Below the pieces are notes generated by a model that was given only the letters and a program-made list of their open reading frames with translations, did not search any database and was not told where the DNA came from. 28,613 nucleotides of DNA from the IMG/VR virus record IMGVR_UViG_3300007523_000059, positions 1 through 28,613 of that record. One strand, written 5' to 3'. The stretch comes from a virus. Lineage: Duplodnaviria > Caudoviricetes. Within the stretch, counting starts at the first letter, position 1. Each line of letters begins with the position of its first letter. Both the position numbers and the translations under genes were made by a program. Below are positions 7,636 through 16,807 of this stretch, piece after piece.

Positions 7636-9783
7636 TTAGCTTAATTTTCCGAATCTTTCCATTATTGCGCTGTAATCCGTTTCAGATAATTTATCCTCTT
7701 GGATAAGAGCATCGTGGGAAACTAATTTCTTAGTAACTGATTCATTTTTCTTGAGATTTCTAGTCATCCAGAAGTGATCAACCTGTTCTTCGGTTCTCAA
7801 AATTTCTTCAGGATATAATCTAGCCTGTGATAGGACAGATTTTCTTGAACTCTCGTTCATTTGGTTCCAGATAGCCTTTGTATTTTCTGGCATTAATCTG
7901 ATTACCTTTTCCTCTAACGTTTCATTCTTACTTGCCAATGCCTCAGAGATTAAACTCAATACGTCTTTCGTTGTAAAGAATGAGCCTTTTTCGTTTATGT
8001 AAAGCTTAACAGTTTCTTGTTCCTCATTTGTAAGGGTGTAGTAACTGTCAACCTGAGTTTTGTTTAAGAACCTCAAAAAGTGTAGGTCGGATGTTTCGGA
8101 TGCTTTTCGTTTTTTAGCTTCCTCAATTAGTTTATCAATAGATGCTGACAACTCTGTATCAGAGTCTCCATCTATTTCTTCTGATGAATCTTCTTCATCG
8201 TTATAGTCATTATTTTCAAGTGTTGGACATTCACATGGGTCAAAAACACACTCTAGGCAGCATTTTTCATTTTCAAAGTCACCTCGGTAACGGCCCATTG
8301 GCATTTCGTCTAGTGTTGGGTTCTCACCTTCATCACCAAATTCCTCATCATAAAAATCTTCTTTGATAACTTCAAATCCTGCTTCTTCAACAGTAGGAAG
8401 TCTAAATGCTTTTCTATTCTCGTTTAGTCTAGCACCGTTTAACTTTTCAGTAATAAGTGACTGATAAGAAACTGATTTGTCAAGATTTTCTGCTAGATAT
8501 TCAGAATAAGCGATGTTATCATCAAGATTCTCAGCTATGTATTCTGAATAAGCGATATTCCCCTCAACATGCTCAGAAAGATATTCTGAGTAAGCAATTG
8601 AATTATCTAAGTGCTCAGCTAGATACTCAGCGTAAGAAATGTTCTTATCTAGGTTTTCTGCAAGGTATTCTGAGTAAGAAATGTTCTTGTCAAGACTTTC
8701 TGCAATGTATTCTGAGTAAGAAATGTTCTTATCTAAGTTTTCTGCTAGGTACTCAGCGTAAGAAATGTTCTTATCTAAGTTTTCTGCTAGGTACTCAGCG
8801 TAAGAAATGTTCTTATCCAAGTTCTCAGCAAGGTATTCTCCGTAAGAAATGTTCTTGTCAAGATTTTCAGCCAAATACTCAGAGTAATTAACACTCTTCT
8901 CAATGTTCTCAGCTAGATAATCATTATGCTTGATCAATCTAGATGTTGTTTCTTTAAGAGATTTGTTCTCTGATACAACAACTTGAATTTTCTCAGCCAA
9001 ATAGTTAAGATATTTTTCCATCTTAGCGTTTGTTTGGTTCAATTCCTCATAATACTCTAGAAGTTGTTCCATTTTTTTAGGAGCTAAATGACCTTTAGTC
9101 ACAGCGTTTTTAACCTCTCTCTTAGTTGTTGCTAATTCATTCACCAAATAGTTAGAATAATCAGTCAACTGTGTTTTTGTTACAAAGTCTTTTGCGTTCA
9201 TATTGAATAGTTCGTTTATTTTTGATTCATCAGTCATTTCATATATTCTAAAGTTAGAATCAGGCTGGTAGCCTAGTGATTCGTTTATTGATTTAACGCT
9301 CATCCTGGCTGATGAAAACCCAGGGTCTGCAACTATATCATATGTAAATAATTTCTTAAGTGAAACCGTTCCATCACTCTCCGTAACTCCGGCTGCTCTT
9401 GACGAAACAAATATTGGACACCCGTCATTAACAAGTGCCTTAGCTTCTTTTCCCCAATAAGTACTTAGCAAGCTAATTTCACCATCAACTCTATTACCTT
9501 CTTTAACATAAGAAGCTGATTTGATGATGTGTGATGATCTGGACAAAGAGGTGTCGAACACATCAGGGTGATCAAACTCTCCGTAAACTACACCCAGATC
9601 AGTAATTCTACTGTTTAGTTCTTCTAAACATGGTAAAAACTTAGCTGCGGTATAAACCCTGTCATTTCTGTTCTTAACACCAAACTCTGTAAAGGTTCCA
9701 CCTAATAGGTATTTATCCTTTGATTTTGATTCATTAACCGACAGGGATTTGTTTGAATTTTCAACTATAAGTACTGACTTCAT
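7636..9783 (-). CDS. Prohead protease (gp21-like) fused to a scaffold/core-like coiled-coil region
   Basis: KNRNDRVY, YGEFDHP, VSSRAAG, TYDIVADPGFSSA protease motifs, then ~500 aa of helical repeat/acidic region. Start more likely 9783 (MKSVLIVE) than 9834, because the AATATATATA motif lies at 9809-9818. Confidence 0.9.
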   Translation of the reverse strand: MKSVLIVENSNKSLSVNESKSKDKYLLGGTFTEFGVKNRNDRVYTAAKFLPCLEELNSRITDLGVVYGEFDHPDVFDTSLSRSSHIIKSASYVKEGNRVDGEISLLSTYWGKEAKALVNDGCPIFVSSRAAGVTESDGTVSLKKLFTYDIVADPGFSSARMSVKSINESLGYQPDSNFRIYEMTDESKINELFNMNAKDFVTKTQLTDYSNYLVNELATTKREVKNAVTKGHLAPKKMEQLLEYYEELNQTNAKMEKYLNYLAEKIQVVVSENKSLKETTSRLIKHNDYLAENIEKSVNYSEYLAENLDKNISYGEYLAENLDKNISYAEYLAENLDKNISYAEYLAENLDKNISYSEYIAESLDKNISYSEYLAENLDKNISYAEYLAEHLDNSIAYSEYLSEHVEGNIAYSEYIAENLDDNIAYSEYLAENLDKSVSYQSLITEKLNGARLNENRKAFRLPTVEEAGFEVIKEDFYDEEFGDEGENPTLDEMPMGRYRGDFENEKCCLECVFDPCECPTLENNDYNDEEDSSEEIDGDSDTELSASIDKLIEEAKKRKASETSDLHFLRFLNKTQVDSYYTLTNEEQETVKLYINEKGSFFTTKDVLSLISEALASKNETLEEKVIRLMPENTKAIWNQMNESSRKSVLSQARLYPEEILRTEEQVDHFWMTRNLKKNESVTKKLVSHDALIQEDKLSETDYSAIMERFGKLS
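8464..8925 (-). repeat. Eleven tandem 42-bp (14-aa) repeats, consensus (S/A)EYLAENLDKNISY
   Basis: 462 nt = 11 x 42; the central copies are near-identical at DNA level. Confidence 0.95.
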
Positions 9784-9832
9784 AAAACTTGTCCATAATT
9801 TTTTGTAGTATATATATTGGGTATAAAAAACC

Positions 9833-9860
9833 ATTAAAAAACATAGGTGGATTTTTTACA
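9833..9860 (+). repeat. 28-bp direct repeat, copy 1
   Basis: ATTAAAAAACATAGGTGGATTTTTTACA; 26/28 identical to 11614-11641. Confidence 0.9.
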
Positions 9861-9901
9861 CAAAAACAGAAGTAGGACACGGTGAGTTTGATATATACCA
9901 T

Positions 9902-11608
9902 ATGATAATAAGTAAAAGTGTAACAGTTAGGATAGGATCATCCAATTTCAGTCACTACCACAAAACATATCCAGATATAAAATGTGGTGAGGAGATACAG
10001 GTATCAGTAAATAATCTTACAAAGAATAGTAATGCCAAAATAATTGTTGAATGTGATTCATGTGGAATCGGGAAGGAAATATCACATAAGAACTATGCAT
10101 CATATGGACACATCAACAGCGAATACACCTGCAGGAGATGTAATCTAAAAAAGAACAATATGGAAAGGTATGGGGTTGAAAATGTATTCCAATTAGACAC
10201 CATAAAGAATAAGTCTAAGAAAACAAATATGGAGAAATATGGTGTTGAATATATCTCACAATCTACCGAAATACAAAAGTTTATAAAAATGAGAAATATG
10301 GAGAGATATGGATCAGAACACCATCTACAAAATAAAGAAATACTAGAAAAACAGATTCAAACAAACATAAACAGATACGGCGTGTCAAATATCTCAAAAT
10401 TGGACAGTGTTAAAATCAAAAAAATGAAAACATGCTTAGAAAATACAGGATCAAAATATATTTTCCTTGATGAATCATTTCAAAAAAGAATGATAACAAA
10501 TAATATTAAGAAATATGGCGTTGATAATCTACTAAAGTCTATTGAAATAAGGGATAAAATCAAGGAAACCAATATTGAAAGATACGGAGAGGATAATCCA
10601 TCAAAAAATGAAAATATTAAGAATAAAATAAAAAAATCAGTACTAAAAACACTACACGAGAAAATACTAAATGGTGGTGAAAATATTATTAGAATAGACT
10701 CTACCAATAGGATGTTCAGAATACAATGTGATTATTGTCAAAAGGAATTTGGAATAAGCTACTCGCTATTCTATAAAAGAAGAGAAACAAATACATGCAT
10801 ATGCACTATTTGTAATGAAATTGATAAACATCAATCTGGATTAGAGGTATTGTTACAAAATTTCATAAGCGAGAATTATAACAAAGAAATGCTAACTAAT
10901 CATAGGATTGGTGGAAAGGAAATGGATGTATACCTGCCAGAAGATAATATAGCATTTGAGCTCAATGGCGTTTATTGGCATAGTGAATTATATAAAGGAC
11001 GCAATTATCACAAAGACAAGACAGATATTTGCTTAAACAATAACATACAATTAATACATATATGGGAAGATGATTGGATATACAAGAACACTATATTAAA
11101 ATCAATGATATTAAACAAGATCGGTAATGCCTCTAATAAGATATATGCTCGTAAATGCGATATAAAGGAAATAACAGACAATTATGTTATTAAGAAATTT
11201 CTAAATAATAACCACATACAAGGATGGGTTGGATCTACCGTTAAAATAGGATTATATTATAATAAAAAACTTGTTAGTATAATGTGTTTCAAAAAGAACA
11301 AGGATATGTATGATCTTAATAGATATTGCAGCATATTGAACACTAGTATTGTTGGAGGAGCCAGCAAATTGCTAAAATATTTTATAAACAATTATTCTAA
11401 CAATATTGTAACGTTTTCGGATAATTCCTATAGCAATGGTGATTTATATAAAAAGATTGGATTCAAGAAGGAATATAATATAAAACCTGACTACCATTAT
11501 ATAGTATTAGGAATAAGAGAGCATAAATTTAATTTTCGTAACAAAGACACTAAAAATATTCTAAGAATATATGATTCTGGTAAAATAAAATTTAGATATG
11601 TCTCATAA
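9902..11608 (+). CDS. Putative homing-type endonuclease: Zn finger, ~7 x 23-aa repeats, Vsr/PD-(D/E)XK-like domain, GNAT-like domain
   Basis: ECDSC..CRRC; (K/R)YGV repeats; EMDVYLP..AFELNGVYWHS..LIHIWEDDW; IYARKC..NHIQG..GGASKLL..G.LYKKIGF. Paralogue of 3809..5716 and 19699..21492. Confidence 0.8.
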   Translation: MIISKSVTVRIGSSNFSHYHKTYPDIKCGEEIQVSVNNLTKNSNAKIIVECDSCGIGKEISHKNYASYGHINSEYTCRRCNLKKNNMERYGVENVFQLDTIKNKSKKTNMEKYGVEYISQSTEIQKFIKMRNMERYGSEHHLQNKEILEKQIQTNINRYGVSNISKLDSVKIKKMKTCLENTGSKYIFLDESFQKRMITNNIKKYGVDNLLKSIEIRDKIKETNIERYGEDNPSKNENIKNKIKKSVLKTLHEKILNGGENIIRIDSTNRMFRIQCDYCQKEFGISYSLFYKRRETNTCICTICNEIDKHQSGLEVLLQNFISENYNKEMLTNHRIGGKEMDVYLPEDNIAFELNGVYWHSELYKGRNYHKDKTDICLNNNIQLIHIWEDDWIYKNTILKSMILNKIGNASNKIYARKCDIKEITDNYVIKKFLNNNHIQGWVGSTVKIGLYYNKKLVSIMCFKKNKDMYDLNRYCSILNTSIVGGASKLLKYFINNYSNNIVTFSDNSYSNGDLYKKIGFKKEYNIKPDYHYIVLGIREHKFNFRNKDTKNILRIYDSGKIKFRYVS

Positions 11609-11613
11609 CAGGA

Positions 11614-11641
11614 ATTAAAAACTATAGGTGGATTTTTTACA
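11614..11641 (+). repeat. 28-bp direct repeat, copy 2
   Basis: ATTAAAAACTATAGGTGGATTTTTTACA, 5 nt after the stop of 9902..11608. Confidence 0.9.
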
Positions 11642-11691
11642 AGGAGGGGTCTGTCGAAATGATATATAACTTAAATTGATGACGGTTTTTT

Positions 11692-12072
11692 ATGATTTTG
11701 ACTAGAGATATAAGCGTTAAGGTGATTGAATCAAATCTCCAATATTTTGAAAATATGGGATATGAGATATCAATTGGTGATATTATTAAAATTCCGATTG
11801 AGTTAATATCAAAGGGGTCTCACCACAAAATAAATTGTGAGTGTGACGGATGTGGTATTCAAAAAGAGGTAATATTCAAGAACTATGTTAAGTATGATAA
11901 CACATGGGGATATTACTATTGCAGAAAATGCTCAGAAAAGAAAAGAAAAGCCTCTTTAAAGAAAAACTTTGGGGTGGAATATCCTATACAGAATAAGGAG
12001 ATCTATGAAAAGATGAAGAAAACAATCTCTGATAGGAAAAGTGATACACAAACAGTCTATAAAGATAGATAA
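11692..12072 (+). CDS. Short Zn-finger protein matching only the N-terminus of the repeat-nuclease family (one repeat, no nuclease domain)
   Basis: YFENMGY..LISKGS..CECDGC..YYCRKC..KNFGVEYPIQ aligns by eye with the N-termini of 9902..11608 and 19699..21492. Confidence 0.75.
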   Translation: MILTRDISVKVIESNLQYFENMGYEISIGDIIKIPIELISKGSHHKINCECDGCGIQKEVIFKNYVKYDNTWGYYYCRKCSEKKRKASLKKNFGVEYPIQNKEIYEKMKKTISDRKSDTQTVYKDR

Positions 12073-12182
12073 CTATAAGATGTCACACCTACACAGGGTA
12101 TTGAAAAAATTCAAATGCCAAAAAAACCAAACAGTTTAATTTAAAAATAATACTATGCCCACTCTCTGGATCGTTACTAAAC

Positions 12183-12257
12183 TCATTCTTGTAGTGTTAT
12201 TGTCTGATCCTCATATAATGATTCATTAAATGGTTTAAATTTTCTTAGGTGTTTCAT
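12183..12257 (-). pseudogene. 24-aa ORF MKHLRKFKPFNESLYEDQTITLQE; mini-gene or truncated gene
   Basis: Preceded by GTATATATA (12276-12284) and an A-rich leader; N-terminus resembles that of 22077..22496; another frame stays open for ~40 codons past the stop. Confidence 0.45.
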
Positions 12258-12293
12258 GTTATTAATTTTATTTATTATATATACAAAAAGTGG

Positions 12294-14000
12294 CTAAAAT
12301 TCAAATTCTGCACCACCAGCATCATCTCCACCAGCATCATCTCCACCAGCATCATCTCCACCAGATACACCAGTATCACCACCACCGAAGTCATCACCTC
12401 CGCCATCATCTCCACCGAAGTCACCACCGAAGTCACCTCCTCCACCAAGGTCTCCCTCACCTCCTTCACCTTCACCACCTTTATTAGCATCTTTAACCCA
12501 ATACCTTTTATTCTCTTCCTTCTCAGCTGGTGACAATTTAAGAATTCTATCAACTAGGTACTCTATGTGGAAATATGGCTTATCACCATCTTGTATAGCC
12601 TGAAGTGATTGCATTATCTCCGCCTTCTTAGATAGGTTACCCAATTTCTTCCACTCCTCAAATAATTGATTGGATAAGAAGTCAATATCTACCTGATTAA
12701 GGAATCTTTCATCCTCTTTCAGCTCCGGGAATTCCACAAGTATTTGTAATTTTAATGGCTTTACTATTATCTCTTTAAACACAGCTCGTAATCTTTGTAT
12801 AAAATTTCCAAACTTAGCCTCATCTCTTGTTATTTCAGAAGCATCTGAGAATACACTACCACCACCAGAATCATCCTGAAATCTCTGCATCGGAATCTTA
12901 GTAGCTCTCTTTAAAATATTGAAAAACCATCTAAGCATTGAATCCTCATTAAGGTCATGACCTTCTGGTGATACAATTTCCATAGTAGGCTGTCCAGCAT
13001 CACCCTCTGGGAACCAGAACTGCTTATTATATGGTAAATGTTTTGCCCCATTTATTTTTAGTGTTCCAAGTGAATCATCCCATTCTACTTCCTCTGAATA
13101 ATCCTGTATTAGTTGACCAATCTGTTCTTCAGCTCTTGCTCTACCAAGTCCTTTTGTCGGGATGACAAATTTCTGATAAAGTGTTGCATTTATAATGTTG
13201 AACATAATCTTGGTCTGTTCAATAATTTTCAATTGGTTATATGGCTTAATAAGTCCCTCTACATAAGATGTTTCTGAATAATCGTTCTGTGTTGAGTATG
13301 ATATAAATGTTATCTGTGAGTCAAGTAAGATCCTTCTTAATTGTGGATCTTCTGGATACTGAATCCAAATATGCCCAATAGATGGCTCATATGCTGGAAC
13401 AAGTGTTTCAGGATACATTCTATTGAAATAGATAATGTTCTTTTTCTTATCATCCCAAACAATCTCCATGGCTATATACCCATCAATAAGGAAGTCACGC
13501 ATCATATTCCAAGCTGTAATAGAGTCAGAAAATCCCATCTTATTATAGATAACCTCAAAATATTCCAAATATTTATCTTTAATGTCCTGAGTATAGTCGC
13601 TTCCTATTGATCTTGGTGTACAGAAGTCGGAATCTGAATAAACAATAGCCTCATCACAAACGGTTGATACAAAATCTCTAATCTCATCTTTAATAGAATA
13701 TTCTCTCAAAATTCTTCGTTTATCTGGATAGCTTCTATCTAGGTAAGGAATAGATTTTCTGGATAAAACGGAGGCTACCGCCCTTTGCGAAAAAAAATCG
13801 TACATCGAATTTCCTTGTTGTGAGAACGGATCTTCGTTCATACCCACACCAACCTGATTTCTCATCACCATATCATCGTAGTTCATACCCCATGAAGATA
13901 AGTCTCTTAGTATTCTGCTGAAAAGTCCTTTATTCTCTACAGCAGAATTCATCATTTGAAAATTCCCACCTGCCTCATTCGTTGGATTATAGCTCGCCAT
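12294..14000 (-). CDS. Portal protein, T4 gp20-like
   Basis: EI...V..VCDEAIV, R.F.IDG, K.YNQLK.IE, AEE.I..L, FWFP, L.RATKIPMQR, SEITRDEAKFGNFIQRLR..F, F.E.K; Gly/Asp-rich tail. Confidence 0.92.
   Translation of the reverse strand: MASYNPTNEAGGNFQMMNSAVENKGLFSRILRDLSSWGMNYDDMVMRNQVGVGMNEDPFSQQGNSMYDFFSQRAVASVLSRKSIPYLDRSYPDKRRILREYSIKDEIRDFVSTVCDEAIVYSDSDFCTPRSIGSDYTQDIKDKYLEYFEVIYNKMGFSDSITAWNMMRDFLIDGYIAMEIVWDDKKKNIIYFNRMYPETLVPAYEPSIGHIWIQYPEDPQLRRILLDSQITFISYSTQNDYSETSYVEGLIKPYNQLKIIEQTKIMFNIINATLYQKFVIPTKGLGRARAEEQIGQLIQDYSEEVEWDDSLGTLKINGAKHLPYNKQFWFPEGDAGQPTMEIVSPEGHDLNEDSMLRWFFNILKRATKIPMQRFQDDSGGGSVFSDASEITRDEAKFGNFIQRLRAVFKEIIVKPLKLQILVEFPELKEDERFLNQVDIDFLSNQLFEEWKKLGNLSKKAEIMQSLQAIQDGDKPYFHIEYLVDRILKLSPAEKEENKRYWVKDANKGGEGEGGEGDLGGGGDFGGDFGGDDGGGDDFGGGDTGVSGGDDAGGDDAGGDDAGGAEFEF
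12309..12480 (-). repeat. Low-complexity Gly/Asp tail of the portal (GGDDA x3, GGDF units)
   Basis: CCACCAGCATCATCT x3 and CCACCGAAGTCA units on the plus strand. Confidence 0.85.
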
Positions 14001-14712
14001 AGTTCATGTTATCTTTCTTTATATCTCTATTTATTTTACTACAGAGTGGTTGTATATTTTTATAGTGGTTTAATTTTACCACATCTTCTATATATTCAGC
14101 ACTTGATACCGGTATAATATGATCTATATCCCACCCAGAGTTGAAACCACCATCATATATTCCTCTATTTTCCCATGTCATCCATGGTTCAAATTTTGAT
14201 TCTAAATAATCTTTCAATTCCTCAAATGAGCATCCTAATATTTCTTCTGTCCTACCATTTTTTGGATACCCGATATTATAGAATGAATTATTTATCAAAT
14301 TTCTAATATTAACACGTAATCTATATAATGGATCATTTTTCCTACGCTCTAATAATTGTATATTCCGTTTTTCTTTATTATTCCTCTGATATTCTTTTTG
14401 ATATTCCAATTTAGATTCCCTATTATTAGAATAATATTCAGAGGACCTTTTCTTGATATTATCAGATTTTTTTTTATAATATTCCTTATTGCGAATACCC
14501 TTTAACTCTTTGTTACTAGAATACCATAATTTATCTTCCAGACTCTTTTTTTCCTTTCTACTATCCCTATATTCCTTCTGTTTGTCCTTATTTTCCTCCC
14601 GATATTTCCTAGAACATTCCTTACAATTGGATCGATGTCCATCCTTGGATGATTTATCCTTATTAAATAAATTCAACTCTTTCCCGAATTTACATTTGCT
14701 ACACCTCTTCAT
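13987..14712 (-). CDS. HNH-type homing endonuclease with N-terminal Zn finger and basic helical linker
   Basis: CSKC...CKEC; GRTEEILGCS..L..YLE.KF..WMTWEN; WDIDHIIP..NHYKNIQPLCS..N..K. Overlaps the portal start by 14 nt. Confidence 0.8.
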   Translation of the reverse strand: MKRCSKCKFGKELNLFNKDKSSKDGHRSNCKECSRKYREENKDKQKEYRDSRKEKKSLEDKLWYSSNKELKGIRNKEYYKKKSDNIKKRSSEYYSNNRESKLEYQKEYQRNNKEKRNIQLLERRKNDPLYRLRVNIRNLINNSFYNIGYPKNGRTEEILGCSFEELKDYLESKFEPWMTWENRGIYDGGFNSGWDIDHIIPVSSAEYIEDVVKLNHYKNIQPLCSKINRDIKKDNMNYGEL

Positions 14713-14848
14713 CCCTCACTGTTTCTTTTTCAAAATATATATACCTCCCGGAAGGTGTCAATTTAGTTCCTATGGTCCCCTTCTTAACCCAGTTACTTAA
14801 TGTTCTCCGTGTTATCTGGTATTTCTCCATTATATCCTTTGCTTTCAT
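14699..14848 (-). CDS. Small MerR/excisionase-type HTH protein (resembles the IS607 TnpA N-terminal domain)
   Basis: 49 aa, MKAKDIMEKYQITRRTLSNWVKKGTIGTKLTPSGRYIYFEKETVRDEEV; TTATATATA 5 nt upstream; overlaps the HNH start by 14 nt. Not in the ORF track. Confidence 0.75.
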   Translation of the reverse strand: MKAKDIMEKYQITRRTLSNWVKKGTIGTKLTPSGRYIYFEKETVRDEEV

Positions 14849-14945
14849 ATCACTATATATAAAACCTCTTCTTCCTCTTTTTCTATATTTTTCACTAATA
14901 AATAATTGTGAGTAATAAGGATAAAAATATACTAATATATACTCT

Positions 14946-15140
14946 ATGAAGATCCGCAGATAACGATATTATATTTAAAAGTATTGATGATGTTAAAAAA
15001 TTCCTAACTAATAAAAATAACCAACGACAAAGTGATCTATCAAAGAAAAGCTTAGCATTTAATCATGGCGATACCTTTGGTGATTACAAATCTTCAATTA
15101 TTAGCATAAAATCCATTAGTATATTATTACCTATGATTTA
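14946..15140 (+). pseudogene. Possible frameshifted remnant
   Basis: TAATATATA-CTCT-ATG gives only MKIRR*, but an overlapping frame is open for ~60 codons (ADNDIIFKSIDDVKKFL...). Confidence 0.3.
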
Positions 15141-15833
15141 ATTCTTTCCATATTTTTCAAAGTTTTTCTGTAACCTAGATATGTGGTCACCAAGAGCATC
15201 ATATTTCTCAGATACTTCAGATTTTATATCATAAAAATCAGCCAATAATGTTTGCGTCATCTCTTTATGTCTCTGTTGCTTTGTTTCTATCTTCTTAGTC
15301 CATATATCCATCAATTTTCTAGGATCGTATGTATTCTTTGGATGTGATGAGTACAGAAACCTAGGTAAATATTCAAGATTTATTCGATGTACCATTTTTA
15401 CCTGAGCAACATTATATTCGACAATAGAATATTCAAATCCATATCTTATTAATGCTCCATATACCCCCTGAAAATCCACCTTTAATGTTTTATTCTTTTC
15501 AAAGTCGTCTTCTACAATATACTTATCAAAAATAGCGCTTCTTAACTCTAATGGGATGAAATTGAAATTAACACCGAGTATCACTATAATATTTCCAATC
15601 TTTCGATAATCAGCACAGAATATTGGTGAATATTTCATCCAATTTGAATCGTCTAGATAAAAAATATTATAAAAACACCCAACCTGTATATCTTGCTTAT
15701 TTATAGCCTCAACCATATCATCAGATTTTGAATATTTATCATACATATGTAATGTATTTTTCTTATAATAATCTACAATATCTTTTCCGAAAACTGCCAT
15801 ACTTAACTTAACCCTTTCTTCTAATGCTCCCAT
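15138..15833 (-). CDS. DNA end-protector protein, T4 gp2-like
   Basis: G.FYN.FY...KYSPIF...ILGVNFNFIPLELR..IFD resembles the gp2 GLNLHYLP..R motif; located next to the gp4-like gene. Confidence 0.6.
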   Translation of the reverse strand: MGALEERVKLSMAVFGKDIVDYYKKNTLHMYDKYSKSDDMVEAINKQDIQVGCFYNIFYLDDSNWMKYSPIFCADYRKIGNIIVILGVNFNFIPLELRSAIFDKYIVEDDFEKNKTLKVDFQGVYGALIRYGFEYSIVEYNVAQVKMVHRINLEYLPRFLYSSHPKNTYDPRKLMDIWTKKIETKQQRHKEMTQTLLADFYDIKSEVSEKYDALGDHISRLQKNFEKYGKN

Positions 15834-16735
15834 ATATTATTATCTAAAATTTTATACACATTATCTGAATCATAATAAGGCATTCTTATTAATTTTATAC
15901 TCTTATCTATACAATACTGATCTTTTATACCATCCCTTATCTTGGTCTCATTATATACTGGTATCCCACCAAAGAAATCGATTGGTTTAAAGTGCTGCTT
16001 TCCGTCAAATTCGATACATATATTATGACTTGGTAGGTAAAAATCAAATACTAAATTATTTATAAATAAACACCCGTCAAATTTTTTCTGCGGCTCAAAT
16101 TCAATAGAATTATCACTTAAATAATTAAGTATTTTTAACTCACCTTTACTACAAGAACATGATGGACAACCAACACCAAGTATATGATCATTTGGCTTCT
16201 GTAAAAAATACCCATGTGTTGGACATATTATCCTGACCTTTATCTTATCTGATATATATTCAACATCCGAATAATCGTATCGATTCCTATGACTATCAAC
16301 TGATTTATCAATAAATATGTTTTTATTAACTCTTCTTCTTTCAGATTTAGAACATTTCACGCAACCTACTTTAAGGTGATTTACAGGTGTTGATAAAAAC
16401 TCACCATGGGTTGGGCATATTATTCTGACCTTACTTTTTCTATTTTTATATCTAACCAGTGAATAATCATATTTATTTCCAAATTTTATACTTACTTTTT
16501 CAAAAAACTCTTTATCCTTTCGCTGATAAACAGATACATTATATGATGAGCACTTCTTACATATATGCCCATTAAGGTGATTTAACGGTGTTTGCTCAAA
16601 CACACCATGTATCTGACAAATTATCTTAACCTTTGTCATACAATTATTATAGTCAACAAGTGAATAATCATATTTATTATTATGTATTTTACTAGATCTA
16701 TCCATAAATTGGCCTATTGATAACTGAATTGGCAT
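15821..16735 (-). CDS. Putative homing endonuclease with three DUF723-like Zn repeats and a C-terminal PD-(D/E)XK (DUF559-like) domain
   Basis: 3 x YDYS.V.Y.....KV.IIC..HG.F...P..H...C..C; SKGE..I; FDFYLP..ICIEFDGKQHF..D..KD.YC...I.LIR.PY. Confidence 0.8.
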   Translation of the reverse strand: MPIQLSIGQFMDRSSKIHNNKYDYSLVDYNNCMTKVKIICQIHGVFEQTPLNHLNGHICKKCSSYNVSVYQRKDKEFFEKVSIKFGNKYDYSLVRYKNRKSKVRIICPTHGEFLSTPVNHLKVGCVKCSKSERRRVNKNIFIDKSVDSHRNRYDYSDVEYISDKIKVRIICPTHGYFLQKPNDHILGVGCPSCSCSKGELKILNYLSDNSIEFEPQKKFDGCLFINNLVFDFYLPSHNICIEFDGKQHFKPIDFFGGIPVYNETKIRDGIKDQYCIDKSIKLIRMPYYDSDNVYKILDNNIWEH

Positions 16736-16807
16736 ATCATATATATTAAAATATTCATCCTCTTAATGAATCACATACTGAAGTGCTCCCATATAGATAT
16801 ATATTAC

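Noticed and set aside
8464-8925. 42-bp periodic repeats as a CRISPR or guide-RNA array; ORF 8457..8891 (+)
   Set aside because: No unique spacers; variation is mostly synonymous or conservative in the protease frame, so this is a coding tandem repeat and the plus-strand ORF is its shadow.
12249-12553. His-rich (12290..12487), Thr/Ser-rich (12249..12533) and Val/Met-rich (12275..12553) ORFs
   Set aside because: Shadow frames of the Gly/Asp repeat tail of the portal gene.
5804-14000. Introns or inteins in the capsid, protease or portal genes
   Set aside because: Frames are continuous, with no C...HN-C/S/T intein ends or LAGLIDADG motifs seen; extra length is explained by insertion domains and repeats.
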